Shown here: positions 1 through 11,258 of the stretch, in pieces
Layout: each line of letters opens with the position of its first letter
Position numbering within the stretch: position 1 is the stretch's first letter
NCBI GenBank assembly: GCA_965205025.1
Contig: CBDBFU010000018.1
Coordinates: 1-64,000 of the forward strand
Length of the DNA stretch: 64,000 bases
Source of the DNA: Candidatus Poribacteria bacterium
Lineage (GTDB): Bacteria > Poribacteria > WGA-4E > WGA-3G
Reading direction: 5' to 3'
Translations under genes and position numbers: made by a program
Notes under the pieces: model-generated
Database searches by the model: none
Told to the model about the DNA's origin: nothing
Seen by the model: the letters and a program-made list of their open reading frames with translations, nothing else

Positions 1-171
1 TAATAGATGCATGCTATCTTTGTTTTACCGGTTCAACGGACCAGGAAGCATCGGACAAGTTGGACGTAACACCCGCGATCATTAGCGGGTGGCGTAAGTT
101 GGCTTTATGGAAGGGAAACAGAAAGGAAAATACAGATTGAAACCCCACATAAGAAAGGAATAGACTCCTGA
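1..171 (+). CDS. 3' end of a possible HTH-containing protein (partial, possibly frameshifted at GGG 114-116)
   Basis: Frame from base 3 reads IDACYLCFTGSTDQEASDKLDVTPAIISGWRKLALWK, which is HTH-like. Removing one G extends it to TGA 169-171, abutting the next ATG. Confidence 0.3.
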
Positions 172-172
172 T

Positions 173-2216
173 ATGGATACTATTATGACCAAAGAACTAC
201 CGAAAACAACATTGCACCGCATCAAACATGTTTTACTGCTCTATGTGTTTCTCACTGTTTATATGGGGTGTTCCGCCCCAGTAGAGATACCCGATGAAAA
301 CTTCGCTGAAATCGTGCGACACCACATTAGATTGGAAGGTATCAAATTAGATGAAAATAAACCTATCCGAGAAAAACACCTCAAAAAAGTAGAAAGTCTA
401 TTTACTGGTAGAGTAGGTATTCGCGACCTTACCGGCATAGAAAAAATGCCGAACTTGAAAAGGTTAGGACTCGATTACCATCAAATTGTAGACATCACGC
501 CGCTGGCACACTTGACACAACTACAAGAGCTTTCACTCAATGGCAACCCGATTGAAGATTTTACACCGCTGTCGAACTTAACACAGTTGAAAGCATTGCA
601 TATATCGCGAAATCAGATTGAAAACCTTGAGCCACTCACCAAACTGAAGCAACTCACCGAATTAGACCTGTCTCATAATCAGATTGAAAACCTTGAGCCA
701 CTCATCAACCTAAAGCAACTCACCGATTTAGACCTGTTTTTCAACAAGGTTCGAAATATTACGCCGATTGGGGAACTGACACAGCTCGTAAGCCCTAAAT
801 TTAGGATTTAATGGCCGAAATAATAGTATCCTTGACACTACACCGTTACAAAATCTAACCAAACTAACAAAGCTAAACCTTGAGAGTAATCAGATCAGCG
901 ATATTACACCGTTACAAAATCTAACCCAACTGAGAACGCTAAATCTTAATCATAATCAAATCGAAACCATACCCCTATTAAAAGGTCTAACACAGCTAAA
1001 AACTTTGGCTATTAGTGATAATAAGATAAATGACATTGCGGGACTTTCAGAATTAGAACAGCTGGAATATTTATCACTTAGCGGCAATCAAATATCTGAA
1101 ATGAGACCTCTCTCCAGTTTAGAGCAGCTGGAATCTTTATCACTTGACAACAATCAAATCGTTGATATTACATCGCTTACTGGATTAAGATTAAAGCAAC
1201 TGAAAACACTATCGTTGAATAAGAACCAAATCAAGGACATCAGCCCAATAGCAGAACTCAGACAACTGCAAAGTCTATCACTTGAAGAAAATCAAATTAC
1301 AGATCTCACGGATATTGTGATACACTTTACCGAATTGTCGCAGCTGACGGATTTAAAACTTGGAATGAATGAAATCAGCGATATCTCACTTCTATCAGGA
1401 CTAAAGCAGGTGATGTATTTAGATCTGGATGGGAACAACATATCGGATCTTACACCGCTTGCAGAATTATCAAATCTCTTTAAAATAAATCTCGCAGCTA
1501 ATGAAATTCGTGATATTACACCGCTCGCGAAATTAACACAATTGAGTGAGTTATATCTTTACGGAAATGAAATCAACGACATTACGCCCCTAAAGGATCT
1601 AACACAGTTGACATGGGTTCAGCTTTCGCATAATAAAATATCGAACATCACACCACTGGCTGGCTTAAGAAACCTTCAGATTTTAGGACTTGAGATTAAT
1701 CAAATAAGTAACATCGCACCCCTTGCAGAATTAAAGACACTTAGAATTTTGTCGCTTGGTGGGAATAAGATTTCCGACATTACACCCCTGCAAGGTCTAA
1801 CAGATCTACATATGTTGAGATTAGGGATCAGTGTCTATCAAAGTATGAATCCGAAGGATTATAGTAAGAACAACATTCAGCACCTTGAACCGTTAACAGG
1901 ATTAACGCAACTAACCGAACTTGCCTTAGTGAATACCGGGATTAGCGACATCACACCTATTCGTCATCTGAAACAACTTGACACCTTAGAACTCCAATAC
2001 AATGAAATCAGTGATGTTACACCACTCTCGGATTTGGTGCTTCTTCGTGTATTATGGCTTGACCATAATAAGATTAGGGATATTCGCCCCTTAGAAAGCT
2101 TGAAATATCTAAAATCTCTGTACATAAAGGATAATCCTATTGACGATATGGCATCGGTTCTACGACTCAAAAAACAGAATCCATCCTTGTATGTGGATAT
2201 TGAAATCGAAGACTAA
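173..2216 (+). CDS. Internalin-like LRR lipoprotein, split by a +1 frameshift at CCC 793-795
   Basis: Lipobox-like YMGC and ~22-aa LxxLxLxxNxIxDIxPL repeats. Deleting one C joins ORFs 173-811 and 1005-2216 via SLNLGFNGRNNSILDTTPLQNLTKLTKLNLESNQISDITPL. Confidence 0.85.
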
Positions 2217-2274
2217 TCTAATTCAGTTTGGGCGCGGGCTTACAATACATCTCGCCAGAGGCGTGTACCAAAAT

Positions 2275-3139
2275 TTATGAAGAGATAATTCCTTTCTCTG
2301 CCAACCACATCTTTAGGGGAACATCATCATCTTTGGGTGAAAAATGACCGTTTGCATTTGTGCCACCACCGAGAAGTTGTTGTCGAATTGGATCGTTCTG
2401 AGCAAAAATCTCATCTGGAATTGTCATATCGTCTTTACTACGTAACCATCGATAACCGTACCCATAAAACAGTCCTTTCCGAGTGATGTCAGAGTCGTTT
2501 TCGCTCCGTGCATGCCAAATTCGTCTGTCAAAAAAGACTGCATCCCCCGGCTTACAACAGATAGGTGTTGCACCTTCTGGAAGTGATCCATTGTTAGGTC
2601 TATTAAATTTGTCCCATAGATGACTCCCAGGGATTACGTAGAAATTACCGCGTCCCGGTTCTGAACAGTCCGATAGCCAATACACTATCTTAATGGATAA
2701 GCGTGGTCGTGGCGAACTCTCGATTTCAACGTTGACGCGTCCACTATCTTGATGCCATCCAAGTGGACCTGGCTTGCCACGTAATTGCTCTGATCTTGGT
2801 GGTGTAATTATGAAATGGCTATGATATGAATAGATATTCCATCCCAAGATACCCCATACCTTTGGAAATGTCTTATACCAATCCAATATATTAATAAATG
2901 CTTGATCTCTTCCAAGAAAATTTGGATAGAAGAAATTATCATTAGGCGTTAACTGCCTTTTTGTATATGGATCGTATTCCGCATCTAAGTGACCTTTATA
3001 AGATCGCATCTGTAAGTTCTTCTAATTGTACTACGACATCTAAAGGAAGAGCATCCTCAACAGTAAAATACCCATTTGTATTCAAACTATTCAGTTGTTC
3101 TTCTGTAATTTGATGCTGGATATGGCGTTCATCAAGCAT
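2275..3139 (-). CDS. Phytanoyl-CoA dioxygenase (PhyH) family Fe/2-OG dioxygenase, +1 frameshift near 3000
   Basis: WHQD, VIPGSH and GDAVFFDRRIWH motifs. The true N-terminus MLDERHIQHQITEEQLNSLNTNGYFTVEDAL starts at 3139 behind AAGGAG and joins after removing one base. Confidence 0.85.
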
Positions 3140-3162
3140 CTATAGATCTCCTTCTTAAATTA

Positions 3163-4113
3163 CTATGGAAGTGGACCTTCTATTTGGTCAACAAGTCGAA
3201 TTGAATGGATAACATCCCGTAGGTCAGTAAGTGGAACAGTCTTATTTCTCACCGAATCAACGAAATGCTGATGCATCGTGAGTACACCTTCATAACTCGG
3301 TGAATCGCGTTCGTCAACTTCATCAACTTCCCATCCACCCATAACATGTCTGTTGTTATTCTCATGGACCTCAATTTCTTCAGGTATTTTCATATAACAT
3401 CCTATGCCAACACCGTGTAATTCAGATCTTAAGACACGTCCACCGGAAGCTCTGTTTCCAAAGACTACACCTGTGACATTGTTATCAAACCGAACAAAAG
3501 CGGTGTAGAAGTTACGTTGTTCTGCATTGAATGTATCTCGATGTGCTGTGACCTCTACTGGTTCACCCCCTGCCATATACCTTAACAGGTCGACAACATG
3601 GCAGACATCGTTCCAAAGTGTCGTGGTAAATTCACGATTTCCACCTATCATCTGTTTGTTGAATGTGGTGACTGCTAATGAAACCGGACCTTTTTCAGCA
3701 ACTCGTCGCATTGCTTCTCGTGTTACAGCTGCGAACCTTCTTTGGAAACCAACCATACAATAGACATCATTTGCGACGGCAGCTTCCATGAGTTGTTGCG
3801 TTTCATCGCTTGTTGCACCTGGTGGTTTTTCAATGAATAGATGCTTCCCGGCATTTAGACAGTCAAGAGCAGGTTGTAAGATCCACTTTTCATTCATCAC
3901 ACAGTAGACAACATCCAAATCCATTGTATCCAACATCTTTCTGTGATCAGTGAATGTATGTGGAAATTCATACTTTTGTGCAACCTGATTTAACTTTCCT
4001 TCATCCAGTTCACATGCGGCAGACATTTCCACGTCATCCTCAAGTCGATTGACACTTGGATAATGTGCCCCTTGACTTCGTCCACCAGCACCAATAAATC
4101 CTGCTTTTAGCAT
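3163..4113 (-). CDS. Gfo/Idh/MocA family oxidoreductase
   Basis: GFIGAGG Rossmann motif, HLFIEKP and VGFQRRF. Confidence 0.9.
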   Translation of the reverse strand: MLKAGFIGAGGRSQGAHYPSVNRLEDDVEMSAACELDEGKLNQVAQKYEFPHTFTDHRKMLDTMDLDVVYCVMNEKWILQPALDCLNAGKHLFIEKPPGATSDETQQLMEAAVANDVYCMVGFQRRFAAVTREAMRRVAEKGPVSLAVTTFNKQMIGGNREFTTTLWNDVCHVVDLLRYMAGGEPVEVTAHRDTFNAEQRNFYTAFVRFDNNVTGVVFGNRASGGRVLRSELHGVGIGCYMKIPEEIEVHENNNRHVMGGWEVDEVDERDSPSYEGVLTMHQHFVDSVRNKTVPLTDLRDVIHSIRLVDQIEGPLP

Positions 4114-4267
4114 AGGTGTACCTCTTCAATGTACTTTTGAACTTAGAGGTATTTTATATGATGGATTCTTTTATTGCAAGTGGTTTCTATAAGTGTGCTT
4201 CTGCAGTTATTGATTTTTTATTGCTAATATGATAATGTATCTGAAATCCATTCAATGATTTATTTCC

Positions 4268-5995
4268 TTGCTATACAACCACTTTGAGGATATTTTGAGC
4301 ATTAAACAAAAAGCACTGATCTGTATTCCCATCTTTCTTGTTATTTGTATTGCATTAATATTGTTTTTTCCGAGAGTTGAATTGGAAGATGGAACAGTAG
4401 TTGAGTGGTATAGTGTTATCCCTCCTCTTGTTGCTATAACCTTAGCAGTTATCACAACAAAATTATTTTTAAGTCTGGGTATTGCGGTTGGATCTGGACT
4501 TATTCTTTCCTGGACACAGCAGAACTTTTCTTTTTACGGTTTCTTTTCGGAATTGCTCTGGTTTATATGTGAGGTTACTATCAATTATGGTGAAATCGAC
4601 ATATTTAATATAGACTATTCTAAGATTGACCTATTCAATATGTGGGTGATACTATTTGTTCTATTTATGATGTCCATGATATCTGTAGTTATAGCATCAG
4701 GTGGAATTGCAGGTGCGATTTCAATTCTGTCCAAATTAGCACGTGGTCCTCGTACGACTCAATTCATCACATCACTTATGGGGACATTAATATTTATCGG
4801 CGATTATAGTAATGCGATGCTTGTTGGTCCTACGATGCGACCATTAACCGATAAGTATAAGGTGAGTCGTGAAAAATTAGCATATATTGTTGATTCAACA
4901 AGTGCACCGATAGCAGGTCTTGCATTTGTTAGTACGTGGATTGGTTATGAGGTGGGTCTATTTAATAGTGTGGCTGAGAATATAGGATTAGATAGTGACG
5001 GGTATTCTATGTTCTTTGATGCACTACCTTTTAGATTCTATTGTATATTGACCATTCTATTTGTCATGATAAACGCCGTTAGTGGTCGTGATTATGGAAC
5101 AATGCGGCGTGCTCAAACACGAGCAAAAGAAACAGGAGATGTGTCTGCGTCAGACGCTCAAGTGATGGGTGGTATCTCTGCAGACCTGAACGTATCAGAA
5201 AGCAGGAATCAATTACTCTCCGCGTTTATTCCACTCACACTCTTATTCGGTCTAATCCTCGGGGGATTATGGATAGATGGAGGAGGTACAGGATCAATCT
5301 TATCACTAACATCGTGGCGGGATGCTCTGTCTAATGCTAATAATGTCAAAATTCTTGCCTCAGCAGCTATTATCTCTTTTTCAGCTGCAATTTTATGTGG
5401 TATATTAATTTCGAAGATGCCATTTTCTCAGATTGGTAAGGCAATTAAGGATGGATTATCAGGAACATTATTACCTGTTGCAATTATTTTATGTGCATGG
5501 GGTATAAAAGCAAGTTGTGATAAATTGGTGACTGGTCAGTATATCGCTTCTCTATTAAGTGATGTTGTTTCTCCGTTATGGTTTCCGGCACTTGTGTTTG
5601 TTGTTGCGTCCTTAACCTCATTTGCCACAGGTACAAGTTGGGGGACGATGGCAATCCTGATACCGACTGCTATTCCGGTAGCTTTTGTGCTTGATAATGA
5701 TGTCTACGGTATAACAACAATTATTTGTTTGGGGGCAGTATTGGATGGTGCAATTTTTGGGGATCACTGTTCACCCATATCAGATACGACAATCTTGAGT
5801 GCGATTGTGAGTAGTTGTGATCCTATGCATCATGTCCGAACACAGATTCCTTATGCGTTAACTGTTGCTTTTGTGGCATTGGTGTGTGGTTATGTTCCTG
5901 CAGCACTTGGTCTTCCATCCTACATTGGTATTCTCATTGGTTTCGGAGTTTTTGTGTTGTTGTTTTTTGGATTGTTACGGTTACGGACAAGTTAG
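4268..5995 (+). CDS. Na+/H+ antiporter NhaC-family membrane transporter
   Basis: SREKLAYIVDSTSAP, SFATGTSWGT and GAIFGDHCSPISDTT motifs; many TM helices; exact start uncertain. Confidence 0.85.
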   Translation: MLYNHFEDILSIKQKALICIPIFLVICIALILFFPRVELEDGTVVEWYSVIPPLVAITLAVITTKLFLSLGIAVGSGLILSWTQQNFSFYGFFSELLWFICEVTINYGEIDIFNIDYSKIDLFNMWVILFVLFMMSMISVVIASGGIAGAISILSKLARGPRTTQFITSLMGTLIFIGDYSNAMLVGPTMRPLTDKYKVSREKLAYIVDSTSAPIAGLAFVSTWIGYEVGLFNSVAENIGLDSDGYSMFFDALPFRFYCILTILFVMINAVSGRDYGTMRRAQTRAKETGDVSASDAQVMGGISADLNVSESRNQLLSAFIPLTLLFGLILGGLWIDGGGTGSILSLTSWRDALSNANNVKILASAAIISFSAAILCGILISKMPFSQIGKAIKDGLSGTLLPVAIILCAWGIKASCDKLVTGQYIASLLSDVVSPLWFPALVFVVASLTSFATGTSWGTMAILIPTAIPVAFVLDNDVYGITTIICLGAVLDGAIFGDHCSPISDTTILSAIVSSCDPMHHVRTQIPYALTVAFVALVCGYVPAALGLPSYIGILIGFGVFVLLFFGLLRLRTS

Positions 5996-6060
5996 AAGTT
6001 GTTAGTATTTTAATGTAAGCTTAATGTAAGAAAAATGAAGTTTTAAATCCATAGATAAGA

Positions 6061-6600
6061 TCCAAACCAACGGTATGAATGCTATTTAGCATTCCCCGTG
6101 GTTAGGAAACCGCACCATAGTCATCAATTTAAGGATACACATTTCACCCCTCTGGGGCTTTGTTGGTGGGTTTACCGTTTTCTACAACCTTTCGCCCCTC
6201 GAATCATTGAAGTACTTTCTTTGTGTAAAATTAGTGTGTATTACAGACAGAAATACAACTATCCTTGAAGATATAATACCAATTTTACTTAAGTAGTTTA
6301 CATTAATAGCAAATCGGATAAGTTAATTTAGATCAAAGGGATTCTATAAACATTCCGTCCCTACGGGACTCATTTTATGTAGAGGTGAGTATTCTATAGA
6401 CATTCCGTCCCTACCAAATCAACGGTATGAATGCCATTTAGGCATTCCCCGGGACTCATTTATACCATTTCTAACAATGTTTATCCCATCAACATTTGTC
6501 ATGTAAGCTTGAAATACTGCACAAACTGGAAGTTTGTGCTACATTTAAGAGACTTTGATTGTCAAAAATGGTATAAGATCGGAGATCGGAATCCCCTCAT
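6061..6600. repeat. Mosaic of REP-like hairpins, 35-bp elements (6065-6098, 6417-6451) and an ATACCA-ended MITE (~6461-6574)
   Basis: GGTTAGGAAACCGCACC, CACCCCTCTGGGGC, CCGTCCCTACGGGAC and TGCACAAACTGGAAGTTTGTGCTAC motifs recur throughout the window. Confidence 0.8.
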
Positions 6601-6614
6601 ACAGAAGAGAAGAT

Positions 6615-7514
6615 CTATGAACTGAGATCTGGAAAACGTAGAAACCTTTTAGCATTTCCACCCATAATGTCTTCTAATTCTGATTCTCGGAGATTCGGCA
6701 TGAGTTTTTCAATTATTGTTGTCAACTCTTCATAACCTGGTTCCTCTAAAATCCACGGGTAATCTGTTGCCCACATCACCCTTTTCGATCCAAAATCGTT
6801 GAATAGATTATTATGCATTCCTGCCAAATTCGTATAGGGGTAAGGTTCCTTACTAAATGCATATTGCCCGGAAAGATGAACAGTGACATTTTCATATCGA
6901 GCCAATCGGAATGTCGTGTGCATATTTAGATTATAACCCCCAATCTGAATCTGCGGTCTACCCAGTTCGTCTTGTGTGAATTTGCCCTTCCCAGGTGTCA
7001 TACCCAGATGATTTAAGACGACTCGAACCTGCGGAAATTCCTCTACCAAAAACGGAAGTAGATGTGCGTCAATTGATCTTGGATATACCCACATGACATA
7101 ATCTTTTTCTGCGGCACATTTCCAAATTGGGTATGTCCTGAATTCTGTAACATCTTTTGTTTCGAAAATATCGCGAGGTCCCCCAAGATCAAACAATCGG
7201 AAACCAATTATACCCGTTCCTTCTGCCAATTCTGTCATGTGTTCTTCTGGATTAGGATGATCTTGTGGTACAAGTCCAATTCCGAGAAATCTATCTGGAT
7301 AGGTCTTGAGACAATGAAGTAAATAACTGTGTTGTTCTATTGTGCTTCCACCAATCTGTACGAGTACAGCCTGATCCACACCATTATTCTCCATTAATCC
7401 CAATAGTTTTTCGGCTGATTCATCTCTATCAGCTGGTGTGTTGGATGATACTTCACGTGGGAATTCATCTGATTCCGTCGTAAATACATGAACATGTGCA
7501 TCAATTACCGGCAT
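6615..7514 (-). CDS. Amidohydrolase_2 family metal-dependent hydrolase
   Basis: IDAHVH, LNHLG and VMWATDYP motifs. Confidence 0.9.
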   Translation of the reverse strand: MPVIDAHVHVFTTESDEFPREVSSNTPADRDESAEKLLGLMENNGVDQAVLVQIGGSTIEQHSYLLHCLKTYPDRFLGIGLVPQDHPNPEEHMTELAEGTGIIGFRLFDLGGPRDIFETKDVTEFRTYPIWKCAAEKDYVMWVYPRSIDAHLLPFLVEEFPQVRVVLNHLGMTPGKGKFTQDELGRPQIQIGGYNLNMHTTFRLARYENVTVHLSGQYAFSKEPYPYTNLAGMHNNLFNDFGSKRVMWATDYPWILEEPGYEELTTIIEKLMPNLRESELEDIMGGNAKRFLRFPDLSS

Positions 7515-7534
7515 TTCAACATTTCCTTATATTA

Positions 7535-7895
7535 ACGTGAGTTTGATAACTCAGATTTTATATTCGAATCAAGAAATCAACGGTATGAATGCTATTTAGC
7601 ATTCCCGTGGTTAGGAAACCGCACCATAGGGGTCAATTTAGGGATACACCTTTCGCCCCGCTGGGGCTTAGGTTTAGTGGTTTAGTACGTGTTCTACACA
7701 CCTTTCGCCCCGCTGGGGCTTAGGATATTGGCGATAACGATTTCTATAAACATTCCGTCCCTACGGGACTCAAGATAGTGGATAAACACGTTTTCTATAG
7801 ACATTCCGTCCCTACGGGACTCACAAATGTGTATATGATAATCCCTGTTTCAGATTAGTCATAATGTAAACCAATAAATTGAAAATGGTATTATA
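7535..7895. repeat. REP/MITE mosaic with a 35-bp element (7575-7607)
   Basis: ACGTGAGTTTGATAA end, 2x CACCTTTCGCCCCGCTGGGGCTT, 2x ACATTCCGTCCCTACGGGACTCA. Confidence 0.8.
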
Positions 7896-7943
7896 TTAAT
7901 ATTTCCTATGTAACAGGGTTGTAGATTATATAAACAGATATGG

Positions 7944-8663
7944 TTACGCATCTAAGCTAAATATTTTGCGACGTGCTGGTGTATTACAGTGTTCTGCAAT
8001 GGATGCAAATTGTGTTGGTCCCACACGTCCAGGCGTGCGTTTCTCATAGATAAGTATGATAGACTTCCGGGGTGTATCTGAGGAATTATCCATTGAGGTA
8101 TGCCAACCACAGGAATTAAACATTATCGCTGTACCTGCCTTTCCAGGAAAACTTTTATGTCCCGGCATACTCTCTTGTAATAAGGGACGTTTATAGGGAC
8201 CAGACCCGTGTCTATGACTTCCCGGTACAAAGCCAAACTCCCCACCGCCTTTAGGGACATCATTAACATATATCTGTACCTTAATATGTATAGGATTATC
8301 TTTACCAACATCTGGATGCCATCCGGTATAACTTACTGGCCACGGTGCAACAGTTCTTACTTGAGGTCCGAGTAGGATTACATCGTCATCTGTGAATTCC
8401 ATCAATGCTCCGTAATAACTCGGATGATCTATGATGTCAATAAAAATAGTGTCTTTCTCAAGCGGATTTGGAATATCATAGAATGTTGCAGCTGCATCTG
8501 CTGTTTCAACCCTTTCCAACCATTCTTCCTTACATTCATCTGCCCAAAAATCAAATGCAGTTTGGAGACGTTTTAATTGTTCACCTTGGATTGCATTTTC
8601 AAAAACGAGATATCCGTCACGTTCCCACTGTTCTTTTTCTTCAGGTGTTGGTCTATTCATCAT
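7944..8663 (-). CDS. PhyH family dioxygenase
   Basis: WERDGYLVFENA, GWHPD, FVPGSH and GWH motifs. Confidence 0.88.
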   Translation of the reverse strand: MMNRPTPEEKEQWERDGYLVFENAIQGEQLKRLQTAFDFWADECKEEWLERVETADAAATFYDIPNPLEKDTIFIDIIDHPSYYGALMEFTDDDVILLGPQVRTVAPWPVSYTGWHPDVGKDNPIHIKVQIYVNDVPKGGGEFGFVPGSHRHGSGPYKRPLLQESMPGHKSFPGKAGTAIMFNSCGWHTSMDNSSDTPRKSIILIYEKRTPGRVGPTQFASIAEHCNTPARRKIFSLDA

Positions 8664-9703
8664 TTCACCTTTCCTCTACCGGCAATTTGCCAGATAGTTT
8701 CGACTTTATCTTCTCGGATTCCTACCAATTCATCGTGTAGATTACTTGTCATTCCTTGGTGTAGTGGAATGACTGACAATTTATCACCAACTTGAAATTT
8801 ATTTGAGCAATTACTCACATCAACATGTCCGTGTTCAACAGACATACCATATATTTTAGCATCTGGAAATTCGATTATATGACCATACGGACTTGGGGGA
8901 TAACTTGCAAAGGTTTTCTGTCCTCCATCGATTATAACTCGACCCGGTTTTGGTGTGCTAACTACTGTTGTTACGACACGTAGTACGCATTCCTCTGGAG
9001 ATAACATATCGGAATTACCTATTCGGGACAAACCTTCATAAACATAAGATCCGCTGCGTGTTTCTGTACACCCAATTTCTTTGGACGCTGTTTCTGAACC
9101 TGTACCACCCCCACTAATTATGTTTACAGATAAACCTTCATTTTTAAAGAGATCCACTGTTTCAGAGATATACTGTTTTGCACTGACATTACTGGGGTAA
9201 GTCATGATTCCTTGTAAATCAATTCCCGTCATTTTATCAATTTTTTGTGCAAGTTGTAATGCATGTTTCGGTGATTGAACACCACATCTACCACTACCCG
9301 TATCCAATTCGATTATCACAGGAATTACACAGTCATCTTTCGTAGCTTGTTGAGATATACCTTTGGCAGTCGTTTCTGAATCAACTGCGACAATAATCGT
9401 TGCACGTCTTGATAAGGCAATTAATCGCTTCAGTTTCGGTATACCGACAATGTTATAGGGTATTAAGATATTGTCTATTCCTGCCTCCACCATTGCTTCT
9501 GCTTCCCCTAATTTCTGACAAGTAATCCCTTGTGAACCAGCGGTGAGTTGCATTTTTGATATTTCTGGAACTTTATGGGTTTTGGTATGGACACGTAGCG
9601 GGATTTCAAGATTATGACAGCGTGTTGCCATGTCTTGAATATTCTTTTCAAGCACATCTAAATCCGCAATAAGTGTGGGAGTGTCTAAATCATGGATGTG
9701 CAT
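8660..9703 (-). CDS. PLP-dependent D-threonine aldolase / D-serine dehydratase (alanine racemase fold)
   Basis: LDTPTL, LRVHTKTHK (PLP lysine), ELDTGSGRCGV, SGGGT and SVEHG motifs; overlaps the PhyH start. Confidence 0.85.
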   Translation of the reverse strand: MHIHDLDTPTLIADLDVLEKNIQDMATRCHNLEIPLRVHTKTHKVPEISKMQLTAGSQGITCQKLGEAEAMVEAGIDNILIPYNIVGIPKLKRLIALSRRATIIVAVDSETTAKGISQQATKDDCVIPVIIELDTGSGRCGVQSPKHALQLAQKIDKMTGIDLQGIMTYPSNVSAKQYISETVDLFKNEGLSVNIISGGGTGSETASKEIGCTETRSGSYVYEGLSRIGNSDMLSPEECVLRVVTTVVSTPKPGRVIIDGGQKTFASYPPSPYGHIIEFPDAKIYGMSVEHGHVDVSNCSNKFQVGDKLSVIPLHQGMTSNLHDELVGIREDKVETIWQIAGRGKVK

Positions 9704-9876
9704 AGAAATTTCTCCTATAAAGTTCGTAATACTTTATCTATTGTGAAGTTTCGTGTCAAGACATTTAATCCTAATATACAGAGAAAATAAGGGATAAAAA
9801 ACAGACATTTAATCCTAAATACTCAGACAGTGGATCGGGTTGTTGTAGCATGAGTCTATGTGTCGAAAAAATGAAA

Positions 9877-9910
9877 AAAGTTACACTTTTTGTCACATCG
9901 TGTGACATTG
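9877..9910 (-). repeat. 34-bp TGTCACA-NNN-TGTGACA-AAAAG-TGTAAC motif, copy 1
   Basis: Reverse complement matches 34926-34959 at 33/34 positions. Confidence 0.75.
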
Positions 9911-10577
9911 AAATTGTCGTAAATTACCCCTATAACCCTTGTCATAGACTGGGTTTATAGTAGTTTTAACTTGATTTATAAGAATTTCAAAAAAGTGTGA
10001 TTTTGTGTTTTTGTTGTGCTTCCTGAATTTGGCATTTCCAACCGTTAAAAAGGTACGGTTTTTTGACGTATATAAGATTTCGTAATTAGGATCAATTTTA
10101 TAGATAGTCATTGGTTTTTAGTTTTTAGTTTTATAAATATTATACGATATAGTATTGTGTAATTTTATTGTTATTTTGACAAATATTATTTATATGTTTT
10201 TCTGTTTTTGTGATATATGTATGTTAGATGTTAGAGGTGGGTGTTTTCTTCATTTTTTTTCAATTTTATTCGAAAATAGTTTGTTTCGCATTATTTGATG
10301 CTTGTTAATGCGATACACTCTACACCCGCGAAGGTATTTCCAGAAGCATTCGGTTGTCCAGTCTAACCGATATTATAGCATTAACATATCATACCAATTT
10401 TACTTAATTAGTTTACATTAATAGCAGATCAGAAAAGCCAGTTTAGTTTAAATCGTATTCTATAAACATTCCGTCCCTACCAAATCAAGAAACAAGGAAT
10501 CAAGGAATCAACGGTATGAATGACATTTAGTCATTCCCCGGGTATGAATGCCATAAATCAACGGTATGAATGACATA

Positions 10578-10721
10578 TGAAGATTAATTTTTAAATTCGG
10601 CAATTTTGAAGAAAGGTCCAAATCAACGGTATGAATGCTATTTAGCATTCCCCGTGGTTAGGAAACCGCACCTACCGGGTTTGGGAAAATTAGAATTACC
10701 GAAATATTTTCTTAATCTTCA
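10578..10721. mobile_element. IS630-derived MITE (144 bp) with TA duplication
   Basis: Ends TGAAGATTAATTTTTAAATTCGGCAA / TTACCGAAATATTTTCTTAATCTTCA match the TIRs of the IS630 at 60399-61640; flanked by TA. Confidence 0.85.
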
Positions 10722-10873
10722 TAAGTCATTCCCCGGGACTCAAGATAGTGGATAAACGCGTTTTCTATAGACATAGCACTCCGCTGGAGTGCGAGAATGT
10801 ACCGATCATGTTTCTATAGACATAGCACTCCGCTGGAGTGCGGGAATACCCGGATCATGTTTCTATAGACATA

Positions 10874-11214
10874 ACGTGAGTTTGATAAGACACATTTTAA
10901 CCCAAACTTTTAGTTAACCCCAGAGTGTACAAACTGGAAAGTTTGTGCTACAAAGACTATCTTCAGGACAAAATTCTGTTTATCGAACTGACATTTTTAA
11001 TTATCAAACTGACGTTAGACATAGCACTCCGCTGGAGTGCGGGAATACCCGGATCATGTTTCTATGGACATAACGTGAGTTTGATAAGACACATTTTACC
11101 CCAAACTTTTAGTTAACCCCAGAGTGCACAAACTGGAAAGTTTGTGCTACAAAGACTATCTTCAGGACAAAATTCTGTTTATCGAACTGACATTTTTAAT
11201 TATCAAACTGACGT
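10874..11214. mobile_element. Two tandem MITE copies (10874-11015, 11073-11214) with ACGTGAGTTTGATAA TIRs, IS982-like
   Basis: TIRs ACGTGAGTTTGATAA / TTATCAAACTGACGT; TSD TAGACATA; family assignment is inference. Confidence 0.75.
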
Positions 11215-11258
11215 TAGACATAGCACTCCACTGGAGTGCGAGAATGTACCGAATTCAG

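Larger units (their letters stand above)
10390..11250. repeat. Nested REP / 35-bp element / MITE array
   Basis: Three 35-bp elements plus a partial copy, an IS630 MITE, 4x ACATAGCACTCCRCTGGAGTGC and a 199-bp tandem duplication. Confidence 0.85.

Noticed and set aside
9893-10111. 72-aa ORF, and similar short ORFs at 6431, 10925, 19812, 22503, 27255, 29316 and 29864
   Set aside because: They are translations of repeats or AT-rich intergenic DNA with no coding signature.
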